This document shows, piece after piece, positions 8,712 through 18,348 of a stretch of DNA of 64,000 bases (the stretch's first letter is position 1; every line of letters begins with the position of its first letter). The translations under genes and the position numbers were made by a program. The notes beneath the pieces were generated by a model. It was not told the DNA's origin, searched no databases, and saw nothing but the letters and a program-made list of their open reading frames with translations. This DNA comes from a virus. Taxonomy: Duplodnaviria > Heunggongvirae > Uroviricota > Caudoviricetes. The stretch is from the IMG/VR virus record IMGVR_UViG_3300021431_002946, positions 32,001 to 96,000 of that record, one strand, 5' to 3'.

Positions 8712-8721
8712 TCTGTAAAAA

Positions 8722-8756
8722 AGAAATGGTCTAGTTTTTATGCTAGACCATTTTCT
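8722..8756. terminator. bidirectional intrinsic terminator
   Basis: AAATGGTCTAG..CTAGACCATTT hairpin between convergent genes. Confidence 0.75.
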
Positions 8757-8780
8757 ATTTTATAATTATAAATATATAAC

Positions 8781-9260
8781 TTACTTTTTAAATTTATCAT
8801 ATTCAGAAGGTACTTTAACAACATGAATCCATTCATCTCTACCAAAACCTTCGCAATGAACAAGATAGTCATTTTCGATCATATTTTCTTTTGTAATTTC
8901 TACTGTTTTATATTCAGTTAACATTTTATCAATATCATATTCATTTCTATAAAATGTTGTAGATTTAGTTAAACAAAACATAATTGGAATTCCAAAAATA
9001 ATTATTGCGCCAAATAACGAAATAATTGCTTCTGCAAGATAATAAGAAAGTAAATTTTCAGTAAAATCAGGTACAGAAATCTCAGTTTGTTCTTTAATAG
9101 CTTGTTCAACATTTTCATGCTGTTTTTTATTATATTTTATTTTGAGTTCATTTTCTGCTTTATGTTTAAGAGAGTCAAGCAGTCCAAAAAGTAGCATAGT
9201 TACAATAATACCAACTATAAAAATTGCAATTGCATTTTCACGTAAAATATAAAGTATCAT
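8781..9260 (-). CDS. 2-TM membrane protein (paralog of 9265-9699)
   Basis: Two hydrophobic segments; shared YDIDxM and FGxxEWIH motifs. Confidence 0.7.
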   Translation of the reverse strand: MILYILRENAIAIFIVGIIVTMLLFGLLDSLKHKAENELKIKYNKKQHENVEQAIKEQTEISVPDFTENLLSYYLAEAIISLFGAIIIFGIPIMFCLTKSTTFYRNEYDIDKMLTEYKTVEITKENMIENDYLVHCEGFGRDEWIHVVKVPSEYDKFKK

Positions 9261-9264
9261 ATTT

Positions 9265-9699
9265 TTACTCCTTTATTAAATATTTATCTGCATCATCCGT
9301 CTTTATTAAATATTTATCTGTATCGTCTGTCTTTTTAATAAAATGAATCCATTCTTCATGACCAAATGCAGAATATTTTACTACATAATCTATATTAGAC
9401 TTATTAACTTCTGATGAATACTCAGTTCTTGTTATATTATAGTCTTTTATCATAGAGTCTATATCATATTTATATCTATTATATTTATGTGTTTTAACTA
9501 TAAAGAATGTACTTATAAGTGTAACAAAAAATACAAGACCAAGTGAAAGGAATACTATACTAAATATATCACATATATATTCCTTTCTTATACTTACTTT
9601 ATCCTCAATTTTAATAAATATAAATGAAATTAAAAGACTAATAACAGTAAGTATAATACCAAATGATATTATAGTATTACAGGTATCATAAATTGACAT
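9265..9699 (-). CDS. 2-TM membrane protein (paralog of 8781-9260)
   Basis: AGGAGG SD; imperfect 30-bp tandem duplication at 9271-9330. Confidence 0.7.
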   Translation of the reverse strand: MSIYDTCNTIISFGIILTVISLLISFIFIKIEDKVSIRKEYICDIFSIVFLSLGLVFFVTLISTFFIVKTHKYNRYKYDIDSMIKDYNITRTEYSSEVNKSNIDYVVKYSAFGHEEWIHFIKKTDDTDKYLIKTDDADKYLIKE

Positions 9700-9917
9700 A
9701 AATTTTATCCTCCTAAAAAGTAATCTATTTTATAGATTAAGTATATATTATCATTATATACTTTTAGCTATTTATTTGTAAATAATTTTTGTAATTTATA
9801 TTTATTTTAATATAATACGAAGTAATATTTAATTATATATCCATGGTGTCCCAGGATTAATTCTGGGATTTAGGAATGATATTAGATTAAAACTACAAAT
9901 AAAAGGAAAATAAATTT

Positions 9918-11552
9918 ATGAGGAAATCAAAGAATAAATTAAAAATGACTGTATTAGGTAATATACCGAAGAGTCAAATAATAATTGATTTTAGTTTATG
10001 CGTAATGTGGAGTATTTTTAATGTTACATATATTAGAATACTTTCAAAATTAATTGATAATTTTGCAAATACAAATCCAGTTTTAGGAGTTATTATTGGT
10101 TATTTTTCATTTTTAATTGTTTGGGAAATTATTGAGTATTTTGCAGATGTATATCAAGAAAAAGCTGCAGCAAGAATTGAAGCAATCGTAAAAAATAAGA
10201 TACTTGAAAATACATATAATCTTAAACCTGAAGTTATTAAAAAATATAATACAGGTTACATTAATGGTATTGTAAGTAAATATGTTAATTATAAGATTGA
10301 TACTTATTCACAAATGATCTTATTTGTACCTTTATCATTGATTTATGTATTATATTGCATTTATATGATGGGAACATTTAATATTGTTTTTGGAGCAATA
10401 TTAGCATTATTAATTATAATTGCAATTATTTTAAGATATTTATTAACTGCAAAGAAAGATCGAGCAATATTATCTGAATATGATGGAAATAGAGATAAAG
10501 TATTGATTGACAGTATTAGTAATATTAGTACTATTCAAAAAATGCAAAGTATTAAATTTATACAAAACTTATTAAATAATTATAATGATAGATGTATAAA
10601 ACAAACTAAAAAATGGTCATGTAAAAATGAATTATCGTTTGTATTATATAAATTAATAATATATTCATATATGCCTATTGTTTGTTTAGTATTTTATTTC
10701 TTTCCTGAATTAGTTGAAAATAAAACTGAATTCTTTAGTTTCTTAGCAGTTATTTGTGTTCAAGTAGTTCATATGGCTAAAACAATCGCAGCTGCTTTAA
10801 TTGATTATTCTAAATATAATGCATCTAGAAAGAAGTTAAAAGAAATTTATAATCCAATTAATTTAAGATTAGGTTTAATGCAAGTAGACGAATTTGAAAA
10901 AGCTGAAATTAAGGATATTATATATGAATATAATAACAAGAAAACAAATCAAAAAGTTACTATAAAAATTCCTTATTTTAAAGTAGAAAAAGGAGATAAG
11001 ATTTGTTTATATGGTGAGTCTGGTCAAGGTAAATCTACTTTACTTAATATATTATCAGGTGAACTTGAAACAAATAATATATATATAAATGATATTTTAG
11101 CTGATAAGAGATTAGAATGTGTATTTATATCTCAAGATACTGAAATATTAGATATGAGTTTGAGAGATAATCTTACTTTAGGTAATTCAAAAATAAAAGA
11201 TGAAGAAATCATTAAACTTTTAATTAGATGCGGTCTTGGTGAATGGTATATAAAACAACCTGATGGATTAGATACAATTCTTGGTGAAAGAGGAGTATTT
11301 GTAAGTACCGGTCAAAGACAAAGATTAAACATTATAAGAGGCTTGCTGATTAAAGATAAAGAAATTTATTTACTTGATGAACCTACAAGTAATGTTGATG
11401 AAACAACTGAAGAAAAGATTATTGATGTAATAAAAGAATATTTAAAAGATAAAACAATGATTGTTGTAACACATAGACCTAAAATTAAAAATATTTGTAA
11501 TAAAGCATATAAATTTACAAATAGTATTTTAGGTGAAGAAGAACAATTATAA
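9918..11552 (+). CDS. ABC exporter, fused permease + ATPase
   Basis: N-terminal TM helices; Walker A GESGQGKS, signature VSTGQRQR, Walker B LLDE, H-loop VTHR. Confidence 0.92.
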   Translation: MRKSKNKLKMTVLGNIPKSQIIIDFSLCVMWSIFNVTYIRILSKLIDNFANTNPVLGVIIGYFSFLIVWEIIEYFADVYQEKAAARIEAIVKNKILENTYNLKPEVIKKYNTGYINGIVSKYVNYKIDTYSQMILFVPLSLIYVLYCIYMMGTFNIVFGAILALLIIIAIILRYLLTAKKDRAILSEYDGNRDKVLIDSISNISTIQKMQSIKFIQNLLNNYNDRCIKQTKKWSCKNELSFVLYKLIIYSYMPIVCLVFYFFPELVENKTEFFSFLAVICVQVVHMAKTIAAALIDYSKYNASRKKLKEIYNPINLRLGLMQVDEFEKAEIKDIIYEYNNKKTNQKVTIKIPYFKVEKGDKICLYGESGQGKSTLLNILSGELETNNIYINDILADKRLECVFISQDTEILDMSLRDNLTLGNSKIKDEEIIKLLIRCGLGEWYIKQPDGLDTILGERGVFVSTGQRQRLNIIRGLLIKDKEIYLLDEPTSNVDETTEEKIIDVIKEYLKDKTMIVVTHRPKIKNICNKAYKFTNSILGEEEQL

Positions 11553-11615
11553 TAGAATATTTAATTATAATGGAATGCGAAAAATGTCTTAGTGTAAAAG
11601 CTAAGGCATTTTTTT
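11551..11615 (+). promoter_or_regulatory. promoter + stem-loop cassette
   Basis: GAATATTTAATTATAAT..GAATGCGAA..AATGTCTTAG/CTAAGGCATT + T tract. Confidence 0.6.
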
Positions 11616-11641
11616 ATTAAAATAAAAAGGAGTAAATCAAT

Positions 11642-12034
11642 ATGAGCACAAGATCAATGGTATGTATTAAACAATCAGATAAATCATTAAAAGCAATGTT
11701 TAAACATTGGGATGGTTATCCAGAGTTCATGATTCCATTTTTGGAAAAATATAATGATGATGATAAAGCAGAAGAGTTAGTAAAATTTGAAGCAGTTGAA
11801 AGTTTTATGACTCAAGAAATGAAAGATTCTGCGCAAGGAAGATTTTCAGACCAGTATGATGAAGATAAATTTGTTAAGTTATCTACTGGAGATTATTTAT
11901 ATGATGGAGATGGTTCTCCTATTGTATATAAAGATTTATCAGAATTATGGCATGACAATCCAATGGTCCAATTTGTTTATGTTTGGGATGGATATAGATG
12001 GATTGTATGCGATTATGACGCTTTAGATCTTTAA
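11642..12034 (+). CDS. hypothetical phage-type protein (MSTRS..HWDGYP)
   Basis: SD; motif typical of phage hypothetical proteins. Confidence 0.7.
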   Translation: MSTRSMVCIKQSDKSLKAMFKHWDGYPEFMIPFLEKYNDDDKAEELVKFEAVESFMTQEMKDSAQGRFSDQYDEDKFVKLSTGDYLYDGDGSPIVYKDLSELWHDNPMVQFVYVWDGYRWIVCDYDALDL

Positions 12035-12071
12035 ATAAAAAATAGCACTATACAAATAGTGCTATTATTTT

Positions 12072-12245
12072 TTACTTTTGCTTATTTGATATAATATCAT
12101 CAAACTCGTATAAACTTTTATAAATATCGTCACCACGACTTGTTTGACCAATTACAACAAGTAACTCTCCATCAAAAGCACTTTGCACAATTGTATGCTC
12201 TTTACAAAAAGCAATTAATTTATCAATATCAATATATTTATCCAT
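12072..12245 (-). CDS. hypothetical protein (57 aa)
   Basis: AAGGAG SD; MDKYIDIDKLIAFCKEH...; below ORF-track cutoff. Confidence 0.55.
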   Translation of the reverse strand: MDKYIDIDKLIAFCKEHTIVQSAFDGELLVVIGQTSRGDDIYKSLYEFDDIISNKQK

Positions 12246-12250
12246 ATTTT

Positions 12251-12553
12251 TTACTCCTTATTTATATCTGTTACTGGAGGAATTGAATCTATAAATTCGT
12301 CAAAAAATTTACAAGGTATTTCTGCCTGTTCACTAAAATCAAGACCTCGTTTTTCATCAACTAAGTTCTTTACTAAAGACTCTTTATGCATTTTCTTTAC
12401 AGTTTCAGCATCAAGTAGCTTACCATGATCTTCTGGAAGTACTATTCCATTTTCAATAGCTTTAAGTATAGTGTTCTGTACTCTTTCAGTTTGAATTAGA
12501 CAAGTACTCATATCTTTTATAATATCTTCGTCAATCTTAATTATCATTTCCAT
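12251..12553 (-). CDS. hypothetical phage-type protein
   Basis: GAGG SD; LPEDHGKLLDA motif. Confidence 0.7.
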   Translation of the reverse strand: MEMIIKIDEDIIKDMSTCLIQTERVQNTILKAIENGIVLPEDHGKLLDAETVKKMHKESLVKNLVDEKRGLDFSEQAEIPCKFFDEFIDSIPPVTDINKE

Positions 12554-12584
12554 AGTATTTACCTCAACTTTGTTTAGTAAAATT

Positions 12585-12613
12585 ATTATATAATAAACAT
12601 TTTTGCTTGTAAA
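12585..12613 (-). promoter_or_regulatory. sigmaA-type promoter
   Basis: TTTACA-17 nt-TATAAT on the minus strand. Confidence 0.65.
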
Positions 12614-12622
12614 TAATTTTTT

Positions 12623-12688
12623 AAAGGCTATTTAATTTATAATAGTAAGTATGTGAACAATGCCTTGGCGTTATGCCAGGGTATTTTT
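12623..12688 (+). promoter_or_regulatory. promoter + stem-loop cassette
   Basis: AAAGGCTATTTAATTTATAATAG..TGTGAAC-AATGCCTTGGC/GCCAGGGTATT + T tract. Confidence 0.75.
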
Positions 12689-12705
12689 ATTACAAGGAGA
12701 ATAAT

Positions 12706-13062
12706 ATGACTATTAATGAAATTTATGATAAGTTAAAAGAAATTAATATTTTTAGTAATAATGAAAGAGAAGTAGATGAGAGTAAATTTTCTAGTGATCT
12801 TGCATATAAAGATATAATTTTTAAAGTATATAAAAATTCGTTATTTATTTCTTGGCAAACAAAATATTGGGATGAAGATACAGATGAACAAGAAAAAGCT
12901 TTATTTGAAATATATGACACAGTTGTTTATTGGATTAAAAAGTTAAATATAACTGATAGAGTTGGTTTATATATTGAAATTTGTCCTGCATCATGCTCTG
13001 AATGGGATGAAAAGACAGATGATACATTTATTTGTAATAATTGGATTTTAAATGAAGATTAA
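12706..13062 (+). CDS. hypothetical protein (paralog of 29475-29843)
   Basis: ATG after AAGGAG; shared FSSDL, TKYWDE, IExCPxxCSEWD. Confidence 0.7.
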   Translation: MTINEIYDKLKEINIFSNNEREVDESKFSSDLAYKDIIFKVYKNSLFISWQTKYWDEDTDEQEKALFEIYDTVVYWIKKLNITDRVGLYIEICPASCSEWDEKTDDTFICNNWILNED

Positions 13063-13085
13063 CTTCATAAATAAGGAGAATATTT

Positions 13086-13829
13086 ATGGGAATTGATGAT
13101 ATAAAAAAAGATACACTTGAAACATTAACATCAGGTAATCCAGAATTATTAATAAATGCCTCTAAAGGTTCATTAGTTTATTATGCAATTTTTCATGATG
13201 AAGACGATCTTAAAGAAAAAAGGTCTTTAAAACAAATAAAAGAAGAATGGCCAAATTATAGTGAATATATTGATTGTGCAAAAGAAATAATTAATGATCC
13301 AAATAGTGAATATAATAAATATATAAATAATTATAAAAAGTTTTTAGAGCAATATAAAAAATTACCTGAATTATTTAAAAAATTTTTTACAGCTTCTGAA
13401 ATTTTTATGGACCGAAATAATAAAAATTGTTATAATTCAAAATATAATGATGATTTTGATGATAATATAGCTTATACATTAATGAATTATATTTATAATG
13501 ATACTAATTTTAACTCAGTAATTTATACATTAGGTTTTGATGGTCCTGATGATGAAGCAATTATACGTATACATTCAGATATATATTGTGATGAATTAAT
13601 TATAAGTGGTAAAATCAGATTTTGTGTATATGGTGGAACTGAAACTGAATTTAGAAAATTAATGAAAGAATTAGATAAATATGAAGAATCAAATTCAGAA
13701 TTTGGTACTTTTAAATTAAGTGATACATATAAAGCATCTAATGATTTTGGAATTAGTATGGATGCAGTATATAATACTGATTCTGAAAGATGGATATGTA
13801 CAGATTTTGAATTTAAATATAAAATTTAA
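13086..13829 (+). CDS. hypothetical protein
   Basis: ORF with AAGGAG SD. Confidence 0.7.
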   Translation: MGIDDIKKDTLETLTSGNPELLINASKGSLVYYAIFHDEDDLKEKRSLKQIKEEWPNYSEYIDCAKEIINDPNSEYNKYINNYKKFLEQYKKLPELFKKFFTASEIFMDRNNKNCYNSKYNDDFDDNIAYTLMNYIYNDTNFNSVIYTLGFDGPDDEAIIRIHSDIYCDELIISGKIRFCVYGGTETEFRKLMKELDKYEESNSEFGTFKLSDTYKASNDFGISMDAVYNTDSERWICTDFEFKYKI

Positions 13830-13843
13830 GGAGAAATAGACTT

Positions 13844-14260
13844 ATGGGAAAAGAAATTATTTTTAGTGAAGGCGATTTTACTTTAGAAAGACAATGGGGA
13901 ATAGGTATGCGAAATGTACCTTGGGATGGTCTTGAAGTTAGATCTACTGGCGCTGCAGATAAACATGTTATTTCTGTTAAACTTAATACTACTAATTCTA
14001 TGATTTTAGAAGAAGATGAAAAAGGTAATCCTTTTCCATTTAGATATATTTATGACGCAACTGGAACATACGTAAATCATGGTATGAGAATGTGTTCAGA
14101 TACATTAAAAGAAACCAAAGAATATATTGAGGCATTAAAAGCTGCATTAAACTTTGCAAAAAGAGTAAATGCTTGGTTAGCACAACATCCTGAATGGACT
14201 GATAATAGTGTAGCGAAGAAAGTAAGACGTGAAACATATAAGAAAGATCAGGAGGCATAA
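13844..14260 (+). CDS. hypothetical protein
   Basis: ORF with AAGGAG SD. Confidence 0.7.
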   Translation: MGKEIIFSEGDFTLERQWGIGMRNVPWDGLEVRSTGAADKHVISVKLNTTNSMILEEDEKGNPFPFRYIYDATGTYVNHGMRMCSDTLKETKEYIEALKAALNFAKRVNAWLAQHPEWTDNSVAKKVRRETYKKDQEA

Positions 14261-14262
14261 AT

Positions 14263-14613
14263 ATGTTATTTAAAGAACTTAAACCTGTATTACCAAAAGA
14301 TTTTGCAATTGTATTAGACAATGGTTTATATAATAAGTTAATTGATGTAATGACATATGGTGTAGATTGGGATAATCCTGCTTATACGCATGGTTTTGAT
14401 AGTTGGTTAGATTGGAATGATTTAAATAATTTTGATAAGTATATAACAGATCATTCTATTGGTATATTTTGGGATGATGAAGATTGGGATCAAATAGAAA
14501 ATTTAACAAATCAAAATTTTATAAAAAATATTCATTTTGATAATTGTAAAGTTGAAGCTCTTACAGTTAATTCAGAAGATTGTATTTTAGTATATTTAGT
14601 TGAAGGAGAATAA
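14263..14613 (+). CDS. hypothetical protein
   Basis: ORF with AGGAGG SD. Confidence 0.7.
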   Translation: MLFKELKPVLPKDFAIVLDNGLYNKLIDVMTYGVDWDNPAYTHGFDSWLDWNDLNNFDKYITDHSIGIFWDDEDWDQIENLTNQNFIKNIHFDNCKVEALTVNSEDCILVYLVEGE

Positions 14614-14618
14614 TAAAT

Positions 14619-14831
14619 ATGATGCCAACATTAGTTTCATTTTTAACAAGATTTGATTCAAGTGTAAAATTACACATTTTTAATAGTTATACTAGTGAAA
14701 CTATTTTTCATGGAACTATTGGAGAATGTCTTAAAGATGAAGATTTTATTATGAAATATGAAAATAAAGTAATCTCTATTTCAACGGTAGATATTAAAAA
14801 TGATACAGTTAATATTGAATTAGAGGTATAA
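14619..14831 (+). CDS. small hypothetical protein (similar to 21274 and 33500)
   Basis: SD; IFxGT-like motif. Confidence 0.6.
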   Translation: MMPTLVSFLTRFDSSVKLHIFNSYTSETIFHGTIGECLKDEDFIMKYENKVISISTVDIKNDTVNIELEV

Positions 14832-14853
14832 TTAAAAAAGTGAGGTTAATAAT

Positions 14854-15381
14854 ATGTCAAAATATGATATAACTCATGTATGTGATACTCCGGCTTGTGA
14901 TGCTTCTGTATATAAAGATAGAGGTTTTGGTCCAATTGAAACAGATAAAGAATTATTAGATTGGGCAGAAAAAGTTTCAAATAGATGGTTTAATGCAGGT
15001 TGGCATCATACTTTTATTAGTTTTTATTTAGGCAGCTATGAATTTGAAAGAAAATTCACCTATAAAGAATTAGTTAGACTTCATGAATTACAAGATATTC
15101 AAAGAGAAGAATATAATGCTAAATATGAGTGGATTAGATTTAAAGGTAAACCACTTACTGAAGAACAAATAATTACATTTTTAGATAGACAAATTGAAGA
15201 TGTTGAAAGACATTATGGAAAAGATGATTATAGATATAAATCTATAGTTGACAACAAACAAATTAAATTAGATAAATGGAGAAAAGGTGAAGTTATTGAA
15301 GTAGATAGTGATTGTAGTGCATATGATGATAGATGGTTATATAGTGATGGTACTATAAGAGAACAGCATTGGGGAGATTAA
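14854..15381 (+). CDS. hypothetical protein
   Basis: ORF with GAGG SD. Confidence 0.7.
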   Translation: MSKYDITHVCDTPACDASVYKDRGFGPIETDKELLDWAEKVSNRWFNAGWHHTFISFYLGSYEFERKFTYKELVRLHELQDIQREEYNAKYEWIRFKGKPLTEEQIITFLDRQIEDVERHYGKDDYRYKSIVDNKQIKLDKWRKGEVIEVDSDCSAYDDRWLYSDGTIREQHWGD

Positions 15382-15532
15382 AATATAATTCAAATTAGAT
15401 CTAATTTATTCTAAACAAATAGTTCTAGTACACATGCTTTGTATATGATTCTTTAGATATACCTAATGCAATTCAGTTGGTAGAGATAATATGCAAAGAA
15501 TGATTGATAGATACTGGTGAGGTAAAATAAAA

Positions 15533-15841
15533 ATGGATGATAAATATAGTATGATAGAAGAAGTATTTGGATTTTACTTTAAAGATATAAAAATTGAACA
15601 ACAAAATGAAAATTTTTATACTGTAACTATTCAAGATAAGAAAGATTTTGAATTATTATATTTAGACGAGTTAAAAAAATGGAAAGTAACATTAGTTATT
15701 AAAGAATTTAATAATCATGAATATCGTATAAGTTGTACAAAAAGTTCTATTGGACTTGCTTTAGCTGAAGTAATGCAAGAATTACATAATCATCTTGCAC
15801 ATTGTTTATATTTACATGAACAATATTTTAGCAAAGATTAA
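15533..15841 (+). CDS. hypothetical protein (recurrent ~90-aa domain family)
   Basis: EVFxxYF..W.V..AL pattern shared with 16242, 20562, 28584, 29006. Confidence 0.65.
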   Translation: MDDKYSMIEEVFGFYFKDIKIEQQNENFYTVTIQDKKDFELLYLDELKKWKVTLVIKEFNNHEYRISCTKSSIGLALAEVMQELHNHLAHCLYLHEQYFSKD

Positions 15842-15897
15842 GGTGGTATAATAGTTTTAAAATATAAAGAAATTTCTGAAGAAAAATGGTGATTATT

Positions 15898-16224
15898 ATG
15901 CAACTAAATGATGTAATAAAATATATGACAGATTTAGGTTATAAAGTAGAAGTAAATAAAGAAAAGAAAACATATGAAGGTAAAAAAATAAATCAAACAA
16001 TTTTACTTATAGAAAAAGAAATAATTGATACAAAATCTAGAGTTTGGTATCATTTTGAATATAGATCTGGAGATATTTATTCTGAAGACTGGACTTGGTA
16101 TTTGAATGCAAAAGCTTGGAATTCTAAAGGAGAATTTAAAATTTTTGAAGATGAATATGAATTTCTTAATCAAATGAATTTTGAAAAATTTATAAATATG
16201 GTTGAAAAATATATTAAGGAATAA
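15898..16224 (+). CDS. hypothetical protein
   Basis: ORF with GGTGA SD. Confidence 0.6.
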   Translation: MQLNDVIKYMTDLGYKVEVNKEKKTYEGKKINQTILLIEKEIIDTKSRVWYHFEYRSGDIYSEDWTWYLNAKAWNSKGEFKIFEDEYEFLNQMNFEKFINMVEKYIKE

Positions 16225-16241
16225 TAAGTTGAGGTAATATT

Positions 16242-16901
16242 ATGATAGAAAAAGGACTAGTTCAATATAAAATTGAACAAAGTATAAGAAATTCACCTTC
16301 TATTGTACTAGACAAAGATATAGAAATTGAAGATTTTAATAAAGGACATGATCTTACAGTAACTTTATATTTATATGATCGTCCAGCAATGAATAACCAA
16401 TTATATTTTAGTCATATAAAAGTAACATTTTATATAAAAGAAAACGGTGAAGCATTTCATATGACAATTGTTCCAAAAGATTATCAAAATTTTGCAGATA
16501 GAATTTTTAATAAATATTTAACTCAAGAAGATTTTGATAAGTTAGCTTTAGCTGGAGAATACTTTGAGAAATTAAATATTCCTCAAGATTATTCTGATTG
16601 TAATCCTGAATCTAAAATTAAAGAAGTATTTGATTTATATTTTGATAATTATGAGCTTAAATATGAAAATAAGGTATATAATATATATATTTCAAATAAA
16701 TATAGATTTGTTGTAGAAAAAGAAGAAGAAACTTGGCATGTAACTCTTTTCTTTGAATTTTCAGATGATAAAGATGATGTAGAAAAAGAATTTTATGCAG
16801 GTTCAGAATTTTTGCAAGATTCTGTACAAGAAACAATGAAATTATTTTTAGATTATTTTGAAGATGTATTTGTTCTTTATAAAAATTATAAAGGTAAATA
16901 A
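16242..16901 (+). CDS. hypothetical protein with recurrent C-terminal domain
   Basis: GAGG SD; KIKEVFDLYF.. domain. Confidence 0.7.
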   Translation: MIEKGLVQYKIEQSIRNSPSIVLDKDIEIEDFNKGHDLTVTLYLYDRPAMNNQLYFSHIKVTFYIKENGEAFHMTIVPKDYQNFADRIFNKYLTQEDFDKLALAGEYFEKLNIPQDYSDCNPESKIKEVFDLYFDNYELKYENKVYNIYISNKYRFVVEKEEETWHVTLFFEFSDDKDDVEKEFYAGSEFLQDSVQETMKLFLDYFEDVFVLYKNYKGK

Positions 16902-16926
16902 ACATCTTTAATGAAAGGAAAATAAA

Positions 16927-17610
16927 ATGTCAATACAATATGTTGGATGTAATAGTTTAATAATAGATACAAATGAATTAGAAAGATTGCTTAATAATAG
17001 TACTATTAAAAATTTTAAGTACGATATATATGTAATGGATGATGTTGCAACAATAACTATAGATGGTAAAGATACTCGATCAAAAAATAAGCATTGGAGT
17101 CTTGGTTATGTAAGTTTTCGTTTTAATATAAATATAAAAGGAAAAATTGAGTCTATATATATTTACTCATTTGATACAGATGATCTTTTTTCAGAAGATC
17201 GAGATCGTGATTATTATGAAATGCAAGATACACTTAATGAAAATATAAAAGATCATCCAGAAGAGTATTTAGAAGATACTTTTAATTTAATAGATCTTAC
17301 AAATATTATAGAAAAAGATAATAAAGCAAAAATAATAGAAGAAGCACTAAATAAAGTTTTTAAAAATAGGCATTCAGTACAAAAATTTGGTACAAATGAT
17401 TGGAAAATTACAAATTATGGTATTATATCATTTAATGAAAATTATAATAAATGGCTTGCAAGTTTTATTTTTGGTGATTCGTATATTCAAGCAGATAATA
17501 CTGATTTAGCAGAAGCAATTATTGAAACATTAAATAAATGTAAAAAATATTTTAATGCAATGCCTGCACTTTATGATTATTTTGGAGAAGATATATTAAA
17601 AGGAGAATAA
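16927..17610 (+). CDS. hypothetical protein (paralog of 20562)
   Basis: Shared DDxAxITxxxxDxRS motif. Confidence 0.7.
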   Translation: MSIQYVGCNSLIIDTNELERLLNNSTIKNFKYDIYVMDDVATITIDGKDTRSKNKHWSLGYVSFRFNINIKGKIESIYIYSFDTDDLFSEDRDRDYYEMQDTLNENIKDHPEEYLEDTFNLIDLTNIIEKDNKAKIIEEALNKVFKNRHSVQKFGTNDWKITNYGIISFNENYNKWLASFIFGDSYIQADNTDLAEAIIETLNKCKKYFNAMPALYDYFGEDILKGE

Positions 17611-17611
17611 T

Positions 17612-18091
17612 ATGGAAATAAAATATAAAAATACTATTTATGATTTAGATATTGATGCCTTAACTGATTTTGTTGATGGTAATGGTTATCATCATTATAT
17701 GTATGATTTTGGTGCGCCAGAATTTAAAGTTTTAAGTGCAGTAGTAAAAGAAAATATAACTGAAATAACAGTTCTTAGAACACAAGAATTAAAAGACTTT
17801 GAAGTTTATATTGATGATAAATGTGGAATTTATAATTTAAAAGCAATTACTAAAGAACTTCTAAAATTAGATAATAAATACATTGATGAAGCAATTAGTA
17901 AAGGTGGTTCAGTAGAAACAAAAGAATTAACGTTTAAAATTCTGTCTGAGGAATATTCTAATATAGAATATGTTAGTGGTGATAAATTTAAAAACAAAGA
18001 CATCGAATCATATATGTCTATAGAAGAAGATTATGAAGAAGTAGTATTATTAGTTCACGAAGAAGTAGTATTATTAGTTCATAAGATATAA
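17612..18091 (+). CDS. hypothetical protein
   Basis: SD; near-perfect 24-bp tandem duplication at 18035-18082 (EEVVLLVH x2). Confidence 0.7.
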   Translation: MEIKYKNTIYDLDIDALTDFVDGNGYHHYMYDFGAPEFKVLSAVVKENITEITVLRTQELKDFEVYIDDKCGIYNLKAITKELLKLDNKYIDEAISKGGSVETKELTFKILSEEYSNIEYVSGDKFKNKDIESYMSIEEDYEEVVLLVHEEVVLLVHKI

Positions 18092-18107
18092 TATTGAGGT
18101 GATTAAT

Positions 18108-18347
18108 ATGTACTTTGCAGTTGGTAAATATACTAATTATGGTCCTGGTGTAGAACTAGAGACTATGAAATATTTTAAAGATGAAAGACAAGCAATTGAG
18201 TATTACAATAAATTATGCGCAAATGCTCCAGATAAGTACATGCTTTATACTATTAAAGATAATTTTATTACTAAGATGGGTCGTTATACTTATATTATTG
18301 AAGATGTTAGTATAGGACCAATTATACCAAAATTTGAAGGAGATTAA
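18108..18347 (+). CDS. hypothetical protein
   Basis: GAGGTG SD. Confidence 0.6.
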   Translation: MYFAVGKYTNYGPGVELETMKYFKDERQAIEYYNKLCANAPDKYMLYTIKDNFITKMGRYTYIIEDVSIGPIIPKFEGD

Positions 18348-18348
18348 A

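Noticed and set aside
18035-18082. 24-bp tandem duplication (also 30 bp at 9271-9330)
   Set aside because: Simple slippage duplications at gene ends; no evidence of function
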